DNA of 64,000 nt, taken from positions 672,001-736,000 of the forward strand of contig CAWANJ010000009.1 of assembly GCA_963783385.1 (NCBI GenBank). Direction: 5' to 3'. This DNA is from an uncultured Gemmatimonadales bacterium. GTDB taxonomy: Bacteria > Gemmatimonadota > Gemmatimonadetes > Palauibacterales > Palauibacteraceae. A program made the position numbers and the translations under genes. Every line of letters begins with the position of its first letter. The stretch's first letter is position 1. The notes below the pieces were generated by a model. That model was not told the DNA's origin and did not search any database. It saw only the letters and a program-made list of their open reading frames with translations. Below are positions 56,243 to 64,000 of the stretch, one piece after another.

Positions 56243-57930
56243 CTAGATGCTGACCGGCTCGCCGGTCTTGTGGCGCTCGAGGTAGATCATGAAGAAGGTG
56301 CGCGTGACGAACACGGCCGTGAAGAACGACGCCACGATCCCGATCGACAGCGTGACCGCGAAGCCCTGCACGGGACCGGTTCCGAATTGGAACAGGATGA
56401 CGGCCGTGATCAGGGTGGTCAGGTTCGAGTCCACGATGGCCGACATGGCCTCCTGGAAACCCGCCTCGACCGCGGTCCGCGCCGATTTCCCGCGATCCAG
56501 CTCTTCCCGCACGCGTTCGAAGATCAGCACGTTGGCATCCACCGCCATCCCCACCGACAGGATGAGGCCCGCGATCCCGGGCAGCGTCAGCGTGGCCTTG
56601 AGGCCCGCCAGGCCGCCGAGGACGAGCAGGATGTAGACGGCCAGCGCGCACACGGCCATGAACCCCGCCACCCGGTAGTAACCGACCATGATGAAGATGA
56701 CCGCGACGATGCCGATCGCGAAGGCGAGCTTGCCCTTGTGAATCGAGTCGGCGCCCAGCGAGGGCCCGACCGTACGCTCCTCGACGATCTTGATCTTCAC
56801 GGGCAGGGCGCCGGCCCGCAGCACGAGGGCCAGGTCCTGGGCCTCCTGCAGCTTGGACCCGGTGCCCATCTCGATCTGGGCCCGGCGGCTCAGGGTCTGC
56901 TTGATGACCGGTGCGCTCTGCACCTTGCCGTCCAGGACGATGGCCATGAAGTCACCGACGTGGCGGCTGGTGCCGCGCTCGAACATGCGGGCGCCCCGCC
57001 GGGTCATCGTGAAGGGGACGACAGGCTGGTTGTAGGTGGGATCGCGCGTGGCGGGCCCGGCGTCGGCCAGCTGGTCGCCGGTCACCAGGTCCTGCTTCTC
57101 GAGCACGTAGAGCGGCAGGTAGCTGTTGCCGCCCTCGCCCACCGGGCTGGCGCCCCACGCCAGGTCCGTGTTCCGGGGCAGGGCCTTCTGGACCCCCGGC
57201 AGGGCCAGGTACTTCTGGACGGTGGGCACGTCCTGCTGCGCCACCAGGAACTCTCCCGGCGTGCCCGACTCGAGGAGGAGCGCGCTCAGCGGGCGGAGCG
57301 AGGTGCCCGCGGTGTCCGAGGAAGCCGCGGCGGCGGTGTCCGCATTCGCCGTGTCGGCGATGGCCTGGCCGGACGTGTCGGAGGCGGCGCCCGTGTCCGC
57401 CGCGCCGCCCTTCAGGATCTGCTCCAGGCCTGGCTGCTTGGCGCTGGCCGACTCCCCTGCCAGACCCGGTGTGCCCAGGTTCTGGGGGCCGAGGGTGTCG
57501 ACGATCGCCCGGTCCAGCCGGGACAGGTTGCGCCGGAACTCGTCCCCGCTCTTGACGATCTTGAACTCCAGGAAGGCCGTCTTCTCGATGACCTCCTTGG
57601 CGCGCTCCGGGTTCTCGATCCCGGCCAGCTCGATGATGATGCGGTCGTTGCCCGCCTTCTGGATGGTGGGCTCCCGGACGCCGAACTGGTTGATCCGGTT
57701 GCGGATCGTGGTCAGGGTGCGATCGATGGCGTCGGCGCGCTGCTGCGCATCCAGGGTGCCGTTGGGGTCGTCGATCTCGACGGCCAGATGCATCCCCCCT
57801 GGAGGTCCAGCCCCAGATTGATGGGGGAGATCTCCTTCCCGTCGGGCCCATGCTTGGGCACCAGTGCCCACACGCACACCAGGAGGAGGGCGCCGATGAG
57901 GACGATACGTCCCTTGATCGTGCTCAGCAT
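56243..57930 (-). CDS. secD: protein translocase subunit SecD; frameshift in the G6 run ~57795
   Basis: LGLDLQGG|MHL, LRAGALP, VGPSLG, MAVDANVLIFER. Confidence 0.96.
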
Positions 57931-58042
57931 CTCACGTCGAAGCTCGGTTCACGGCATCGCGGCCGGTACCCCGCCGCACCAGAAACTCGGCAAGCTATGG
58001 GGGGACGGAGGCCGATGAAAGAGGCGAGTCCGGGGCGGCGGA

Positions 58043-59338
58043 TCAGCGGCGACGCCGGCCCCGGCTGAGGCGCGACCGCGGGCGCGACGCTTCCGGCTCC
58101 TCGGCCGCGGCGGCCGCCAGCGGTTCGACCGAGGGCTCGAACCCCTCGACCGCGCGGCGCTCGATGGGCTCGCCGGTCAGCTTCTCGATGTCGCGCACCA
58201 TCAACCACTCGTGTGGAGACATGAGGGTGATGGCGTCGCCGGTCTCGTCGGCGCGGGCCGTGCGGCCGACCCGGTGCACGTAGTCCCGCGGATCTTCGGG
58301 CACATCGAAGTTGACCACGTGCTTGATGCCGCGAATGTCGAGCCCGCGGGCCGCCACGTTGGTGGCCACCATGATGCGCGTCTTCCCGTCGCGGAAGTCC
58401 TGGAGTGTCCCGGTGCGCTCGGCCTGGGAGCGTCCCCCGTGCAGGTCCTCCACCGACAGCCCCTGGTCCCGGAGGTAGTCGGCCAGGTAGCTGGCCGTGT
58501 CGCGCCGGCGCGTGAACACGAGGATCTGGCCCTCCGTGCGGCTCTCGAGCAGGTGGAGCAGAAGCTCGTGCTTCTCGGCGCGGTCCACGGGATGGATGAC
58601 CTCGTCGATCCCCTCGGCCGCCTTCTCGAGCCCCACCTGGACCCGCACCGGCTCCCGCATGACCTGGTGGGCCAGGTAGAGGATCGCGTTGGGGATGGTG
58701 GCCGAGAACAAGAAGGTCTGCCGGGAGGAGGGGGTCTCCGCCACGATGCGGCGGACGTCGTCGATGAAGCCCATGTCGAGCATCCGGTCGGCCTCGTCGA
58801 GGACGAGCACCTCGATGCTCCCCAGGTCCGCCGTGCCCCGCTCCACGTGATCGAGGAGCCGGCCCGGCGTGGCGACCAGAATGTCGCATCCCCACTCGAG
58901 GGCCCGGATCTCGGGTCCGATCGGGACGCCTCCGTGCACGACGGTCGACTCGATCGAGGTCGTGGCGGCGTAACCACGGATAGCCCGCTCGACCTGCTGT
59001 GCCAGCTCCCGCGTCGGGGTCACGACCAGGCCTCGGAGCGTGCCCTGGTCCACCTCGTTCTCCGCGAGGCGTTCGATCATCGGCAGGGAGAAGGCGGCCG
59101 TCTTCCCGGTGCCCGTCTGCGCGGAGCCGAGTACATCACGGCCCTCGAGGGCGGGAGGGATCGCCCCGCGCTGGATGGCGGTCGGCTCCACGTAGCCCAA
59201 CCGGTCGAGGGCCTCCAGTGCCCGTGTCGACAGGCCGAGAGAGTCGAAGCCCGGCAACGGCTCCTCGCGTGGCGCGTCCTTCATTTCGGTCGGTGCCTCT
59301 GCGTCCGTGTCCGTGTCGGTTTCCGTTTGCATATCCAT
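58043..59338 (-). CDS. DEAD-box RNA helicase (RhlE-like)
   Basis: PTAIQ, AQTGTGKT, PTRELA, DEADRM, SAT, ARGLD, HRVGRTAR. Confidence 0.96.
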   Translation of the reverse strand: MDMQTETDTDTDAEAPTEMKDAPREEPLPGFDSLGLSTRALEALDRLGYVEPTAIQRGAIPPALEGRDVLGSAQTGTGKTAAFSLPMIERLAENEVDQGTLRGLVVTPTRELAQQVERAIRGYAATTSIESTVVHGGVPIGPEIRALEWGCDILVATPGRLLDHVERGTADLGSIEVLVLDEADRMLDMGFIDDVRRIVAETPSSRQTFLFSATIPNAILYLAHQVMREPVRVQVGLEKAAEGIDEVIHPVDRAEKHELLLHLLESRTEGQILVFTRRRDTASYLADYLRDQGLSVEDLHGGRSQAERTGTLQDFRDGKTRIMVATNVAARGLDIRGIKHVVNFDVPEDPRDYVHRVGRTARADETGDAITLMSPHEWLMVRDIEKLTGEPIERRAVEGFEPSVEPLAAAAAEEPEASRPRSRLSRGRRRR

Positions 59339-59501
59339 CGTCCTGGAATCGCTTCCGTCAGGCCGCGAGCCCAGTACGTGGCCGACGCGGCGTCGTCTCT
59401 GCTACCTCTTCTACCATCGTTCCGGCGGAGGGCTACCCTGCCCGCCCGCCGTGGATCCGGGCCCCGGGGACCGGCGACCCGTCCATCGTCGGCGGACGGC
59501 C

Positions 59502-60131
59502 TTACCTCTCTCCCTGTTCAAGGGCCCGGAGCTCGCGCTCCAGCTCCGCGGCCACGCGCCCGTCGGCCGTGGCGCGCTCCCGCACTTCGCGGAGGGTCTG
59601 CAGGGCCTCAGGGCGACCGTCGCGCGCCGCCAGCCGACGCGCCAGCAGGATGGCGAGGCCGGGATCCGGATCGCGGTCCAGGAAGCCGCGGAGCGCCTCG
59701 ATCACGTCATCGTGGGCTGCCTCGTCCGCGCCCGCGGGCGCCCCGGTCCGCGCCTCCACGTAGGCCCGCAGGCTCGCCCGGGCCTCCGCCACCAGCCCCA
59801 TGTCGAGCTGGAGCTCGGCCAGTCGCCGCAATGGCTCCGGGTCGTCCGGATACACCCGGACGACCTTCTCCCAGACGGCGACGGCGTTGACCATGAGGCC
59901 GAGCTCCCGGTACAGCTCGGCGGCGCCCCGGTACCATTCCATCGCGTCGACCGATCGCCCGGCCCGAAAGTGCAGGTCGGCGATCCTCAGGTACAACGTG
60001 GGCTCGGGCATCGCATCCGGATCGCGCAGGGAGGCACGCAGCGCCTCGTCGTAGAGCGCGAGGGCGCGATCGTAATCTCCCGCCGACTCGAGCCGGCGAG
60101 CCTCGGATTTCAGCTGCGTCTCGGATTTCAT
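59502..60131 (-). CDS. TPR-like helical repeat protein
   Basis: AGDYDRALALY, LYLRIADLH, LRRLAELQLDMG. Confidence 0.7.
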   Translation of the reverse strand: MKSETQLKSEARRLESAGDYDRALALYDEALRASLRDPDAMPEPTLYLRIADLHFRAGRSVDAMEWYRGAAELYRELGLMVNAVAVWEKVVRVYPDDPEPLRRLAELQLDMGLVAEARASLRAYVEARTGAPAGADEAAHDDVIEALRGFLDRDPDPGLAILLARRLAARDGRPEALQTLREVRERATADGRVAAELERELRALEQGER

Positions 60132-60289
60132 TCCGGGGCGGTCCGTGAAAAGTCCACCGAGCGTCGGGCCGCTGGACGGCTGCCGCGACCGGACGGCGAC
60201 ATCGCGTCTGCCCCGTCCGATCCTGCCATGCCACTCTTGTATTTACGACATCGTGCGTGTCTTGGGAACCGTCGTCCCCTCGGGGAGGA

Positions 60290-60363
60290 TGGGCCCGCCG
60301 GGATTCGAACCCGGGACCTTGGAATTATGAGTTCCCTGCTCTGACCAGCTGAGCTACGGGCCC
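60290..60363 (-). tRNA. tRNA with CAT anticodon, probably tRNA-Ile2 (lysidine)
   Basis: GGGCCCG acceptor stem with a paired 1:72, loop CTCATAA, no GGG/CCC initiator stem; Ile2 versus Met is inferred. Confidence 0.9.
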
Positions 60364-60578
60364 CCGGCGACCGGCGTCGCCGCGACGCCATCATACGGGG
60401 GCCGTGGAGCGATGTCGACCGCCTCCGGCTCGCCCCCGGTGAGAGCCGGCCCGCGGGGGACGATGCTTGCGCCGGCCCCGAACGGGCGGTAGCGATACGT
60501 CCTCGCGCCATCCCCGTGCCGCCAAGGAGCGACCGCATGCGCGCCTCACCGTCCCCGGACGTCCGGGCCTAACCCGCC

Positions 60579-61982
60579 GTGTTCCTGGGCCGCAGCCCGT
60601 GGGAGCTCCTCGGCCAGGGGGCGTCCGACCGCCGCCGGTCGCTCCCGGCGACCCAGCTCTTCCTGCTCTCCTTCGCCGGGCTCATCCTGTTCGGAACGCT
60701 GGGCCTCCTCGTCCTGCCCGGCCTGTACACGGGTCCCCGGCTCGGCGTCGTGGACGCCCTGTTCACCTCGACGAGCGCGGTGTGCGTCACCGGGCTCATC
60801 GTGGTCGACACGGCCACCTACTTCACCCCCCTGGGACAGGCGTGGATCGCCCTCCTCATCCAGCTCGGCGGCCTGGGCATCCTCACCTTCACGACGCTGG
60901 TGATCTCGCTCCTGGGGCGGCGCGCCAGCCTCGGAGCCGAAGAGGCGGCCGGGGGGCACGCGTCGGCCTTCCGGCACCTGGATCCGAGGACGCTGGTGCG
61001 GGCCGTCGTGATCTCGACCCTCATCCTGGAGGGGACGGGCGCCGCCATCCTGTGGGTGGACTGGGCGGGTCGGATGGGCTGGCTCCACGCCCTGTGGCCG
61101 GCCGTGTTCCACGCGATCTCGGCCTTCTGCAACGCCGGCTTCTCGGTGTTCTCCGACTCCCTGGTCGGCCTGCGCACCTCGCCGGTGACGCTGCTCACGG
61201 TGTCGGGGCTCATCGTCCTCGGCGGGATCGGCTTCGTGGTGATGACGGACATGCACGCCCGCCACCTGCGCGGGAGAACGGACCGCCTCTCGACGCATAC
61301 CCGCCTCGCCCTGCTCACCACCGCCGTGCTCCTGGTCGGCTCCACGATCCTGTTCCTCGTGTTCGAGTCCGGGCACGCGCTCCGCGGGCTGGGGTGGACC
61401 GACAAGCTGACCAACGCCTGGTTCATGGCGGCCACCCCCAGGACGGCCGGGTTCAACACGGTGAACTACGACACGGTCTCGAACCCCTCCCTGTTCCTCA
61501 CGATCGTGCTCATGATCATCGGGGGCTCGCCCGGGTCGACCGCCGGGGGCCTCAAGACCACCACCGTCGCCCTCCTCCTCCTGGTGCTGTGGTCCCGCCT
61601 CAAGGGGCGCGACCACGTGTCCTTCATGGGCCGCACGATCCCCGACGAGACGCTGCAGCGGGCCACGGGCCTCACGATCGGGGGGCTGTCCATCCTGGCG
61701 GTGGCGGTCTTCTTCCTGTCGATGACCGAGCTGCCGGTGCAGGGACCCGCCGAGCGGGCCGGCTTCCTGCGACTCGTGTTCGAGGCGCACAGCGCTTTCG
61801 GCACGGTCGGCCTGTCGATGGGCGTCACCTCGACACTGACGAAGATGGGAAGGCTCATCATCATAGCATTGATGTACTTGGGACGTGTCGGTCCGCTGGC
61901 CGTGGCCTCGGCCATGGCGCTGGCCGGCGGCCGGGGCGGGCCGCGCTACCGCTACGCCCGCGAGGACGTGGTGATCGGATGA
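60579..61982 (+). CDS. TrkH/KtrB potassium uptake membrane subunit; start uncertain
   Basis: TSAVCVTGL, SAFCNAGF, PRTAGFN, GGSPGSTAGGLK, SAFGTVGLS. Confidence 0.95.
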   Translation: MFLGRSPWELLGQGASDRRRSLPATQLFLLSFAGLILFGTLGLLVLPGLYTGPRLGVVDALFTSTSAVCVTGLIVVDTATYFTPLGQAWIALLIQLGGLGILTFTTLVISLLGRRASLGAEEAAGGHASAFRHLDPRTLVRAVVISTLILEGTGAAILWVDWAGRMGWLHALWPAVFHAISAFCNAGFSVFSDSLVGLRTSPVTLLTVSGLIVLGGIGFVVMTDMHARHLRGRTDRLSTHTRLALLTTAVLLVGSTILFLVFESGHALRGLGWTDKLTNAWFMAATPRTAGFNTVNYDTVSNPSLFLTIVLMIIGGSPGSTAGGLKTTTVALLLLVLWSRLKGRDHVSFMGRTIPDETLQRATGLTIGGLSILAVAVFFLSMTELPVQGPAERAGFLRLVFEAHSAFGTVGLSMGVTSTLTKMGRLIIIALMYLGRVGPLAVASAMALAGGRGGPRYRYAREDVVIG

Positions 61983-62052
61983 TCGGACGGGGCGCGGCGG
62001 TCCGGTCGAACTGGAACCAGCGGGGCCCGTCGCGGTCCACCGAGGAGGACGC

Positions 62053-62724
62053 ATGCCGGCAATGAAGCGGTTCCTGGTGATCGGCCTGGGGCACTTCGGC
62101 TCGTGGGTGGCCCGGGCGCTCCACGCCCAGGGCCACGAGGTCATCGCGGTCGAGGAGCAGGGAGAACTGGTCGACCGACATGCCTCCATGGTGAGCCGGG
62201 GCGTGGTCGGGGACGCCACCGACCGCGAGCTCCTGCGCGAGATCGGAGCAGGCTCGGTGGACGCCGCCGTGATCAGCACCGGCGAGGACCTGGCTACCTC
62301 GATCCTGGCCACCCTCGCGCTCCGCGACATGGGCGTGAAGGACATCTTCGTGAAGGTGACCAGCCCGGAGGCGGCCCGCGCCCTGGAGGCGTTCCAGGTG
62401 AGGGAGACGATCTTCCCCGAACGGGAGGTCGCCTACCGACTGGCCCACCGCATCGCCTCGCAGACGGTGCTCGACTACCTGCCGCTCTCGGAGGGCTACT
62501 CGATCCAGGAGATCGCGATTCCCGACCGGTGGCTGGGGAAGACGCTCCGGGAGCTCGCCCTCCCCCAGCGCTACGGGATCCAGGTGGTGGCCGTATACGA
62601 CGTCCTGACCGACTCCATGCAGGTGGTTCCCGACGCCGAGAAGCCGCTCAAGGAATCGGACGTGGCCATCGTGGCGGGCCGGGACGAGCGGGTGGCCGAG
62701 GTGCTGGGCGAGAGCCCGGGCTGA
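62053..62724 (+). CDS. TrkA/KtrA potassium uptake regulatory subunit
   Basis: VIGLGHFG, GDATD, FPERE, TrkA-C LGKTLREL. Confidence 0.95.
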   Translation: MPAMKRFLVIGLGHFGSWVARALHAQGHEVIAVEEQGELVDRHASMVSRGVVGDATDRELLREIGAGSVDAAVISTGEDLATSILATLALRDMGVKDIFVKVTSPEAARALEAFQVRETIFPEREVAYRLAHRIASQTVLDYLPLSEGYSIQEIAIPDRWLGKTLRELALPQRYGIQVVAVYDVLTDSMQVVPDAEKPLKESDVAIVAGRDERVAEVLGESPG

Positions 62725-62736
62725 GCGGCGGGGCGC

Positions 62737-63378
62737 CTACTCCGTCCCGAACAGACGATCCCCGGCGTCCCCCAGGCCCGGGAGGATGTAGCCGTGCTCG
62801 TTCAGCTCCCGGTCCAGGGCCGCCGCGTACACCGGGACCTCCGGGTGCTCCTCGGCCAGCCGCGCGACGCCCTCCGGCGCGGCGACCACGCAGGCGAACC
62901 GGATCCCCCCGGCGCCCGAGCGCTTCAGGAAGCCAATGGCGGCGCTCGCCGAGCCGCCCGTGGCCAGCATGGGATCGACCACGATGAACTCCCGCTCGCC
63001 GGGATCGGGAGGGATCTTGAAGTAGTAGTCCACCGGCTCCAGCGACTCGTGCTCCCTCTGGATCCCAATGTGACCCACGCGCATGGTCGGAAGGATGCGC
63101 AGGAAGCCCTCGGTCATCCCGAGGCCGGCCCGCAGGATCGGGACGAGCACCAGTCGGTCTCCGTCCACCTCCTCGCCCGTCGTGCGCTCCAGCGGCGTCC
63201 TCACTTCGCGGCGCCGCGTGGGCAGGTCCGCCGTCACCTCGTAGGCCAGGAGCAGGGTGATCTCGTCCAGGAGCTCCTTGAACCGCTTCTTGGGCGTGGA
63301 CACGTCGCGAAGCAGCGTGACCTTGTGGCGCACGAGTGGGTGCTCGACCAGCCGGAAGCCCCGGTGCGGCCCGCTCAT
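62737..63378 (-). CDS. upp: uracil phosphoribosyltransferase
   Basis: HPLVRHK, PILRAGLGM, VDPMLATGGS, YILPGLGDAGDRLFGT. Confidence 0.97.
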   Translation of the reverse strand: MSGPHRGFRLVEHPLVRHKVTLLRDVSTPKKRFKELLDEITLLLAYEVTADLPTRRREVRTPLERTTGEEVDGDRLVLVPILRAGLGMTEGFLRILPTMRVGHIGIQREHESLEPVDYYFKIPPDPGEREFIVVDPMLATGGSASAAIGFLKRSGAGGIRFACVVAAPEGVARLAEEHPEVPVYAAALDRELNEHGYILPGLGDAGDRLFGTE

Positions 63379-64000
63379 GCCGCCGTCACCCGCACGTGCG
63401 GCTCGCCGGCCTCGAACCGGCCAATGACGGAGGCCTCGTATCCACGCGCCACGAGCGCCGCGGCGACGGCCTCGCCCGCGTCGGCGGGCACCGCCGCCAG
63501 CAGACCTCCCGACGTCTGCGCGTCGCACAGCAGCACCCGCCGCGCCTCGGCGACGCTCTCATCCCAGGTGGTGGCGCGCTCGGCGGCGGCCCGGTTCCGC
63601 CCGGTGCCACCCGGGATGAAGCCCTCCCCCGCCAGCTCCAGGGCCCCGGGGAGGAGCCGCGGCGACCCGGCCGCGACCGTAGCCCCCAGCCCTCCCGCAC
63701 GGCACATCTCGAGCAGGTGGCCGAGCAAGCCATACCCGGTCACGTCCGTGGCGGCATGCACCTCGAAGCCCCCCAGCGTCTCCATCGCATCCCGGTTCAG
63801 ACGCCGCATGGAGGCCACCGCCGCCTCCACCACCGGCACGGCGGCCTTCCCCATCTTGAGTGCCGTGGTCACGACGCCCGTCCCCAGGGCCTTGCCCAGC
63901 ACAATGGCATCGCCGGGCCGCGCCCCACCCTTCCGCCACACGGCATCGGGGTGAACCTCACCGAGCACGACGAGGCCGAACTTGGGCTCCGGGTCGTCGA
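63375..64000 (-). CDS. selD: selenide, water dikinase; 5' end outside the window
   Basis: DPEPKFGL, KALGTG, ATDVTGYGLLGH, DAQTSGGLL. Confidence 0.93.
   Translation of the reverse strand, partial: DDPEPKFGLVVLGEVHPDAVWRKGGARPGDAIVLGKALGTGVVTTALKMGKAAVPVVEAAVASMRRLNRDAMETLGGFEVHAATDVTGYGLLGHLLEMCRAGGLGATVAAGSPRLLPGALELAGEGFIPGGTGRNRAAAERATTWDESVAEARRVLLCDAQTSGGLLAAVPADAGEAVAAALVARGYEASVIGRFEAGEPHVRVTAA

Noticed and set aside
57790-57800. secD G6 run as phase variation
   Set aside because: Short homopolymer in a housekeeping gene; typical long-read error
60290-60363. Initiator tRNA-fMet
   Set aside because: Has a paired 1:72 and lacks the three consecutive G-C pairs next to the anticodon loop

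Overview
A very GC-rich bacterial chromosome segment, probably Gemmatimonadota; this is inferred from gene order and families, not tested. Many single-base frameshifts occur, including in essential infC and secD, and look like assembly indels. Bases ~21.2-64 kb are housekeeping: recN, nadK, ispA, xseBA, folD, rny, 6S RNA, zapA, pheTS, rplT, rpmI, infC with an attenuator leader, thrS, groESL with CIRCE, coaX, birA, nadC, bshA, miaA, mutL, pit, tatD, secDF, DEAD helicase, tRNA-Ile2, ktrBA, upp and selD. The most notable region is an ~18 kb co-oriented block between tRNA-Cys and tRNA-Leu (20982->2804, minus strand). It encodes a PadR regulator with a palindromic operator over its -10, a HAAS-like membrane partner, a MotA/ExbB-like small membrane protein, a tandem array of 6-bladed beta-propeller lipoproteins, and an MFP-TolC-RND-RND exporter. 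The array shows cassette turnover. A lower-GC module with its own promoter lies between two diverged copies of the same propeller-gene 3' end, and the orphan copy was later split by an IS630 element. hypF and a J-domain gene lie at the left edge. All calls are from reading the sequence and recognising motifs; no searches were run.
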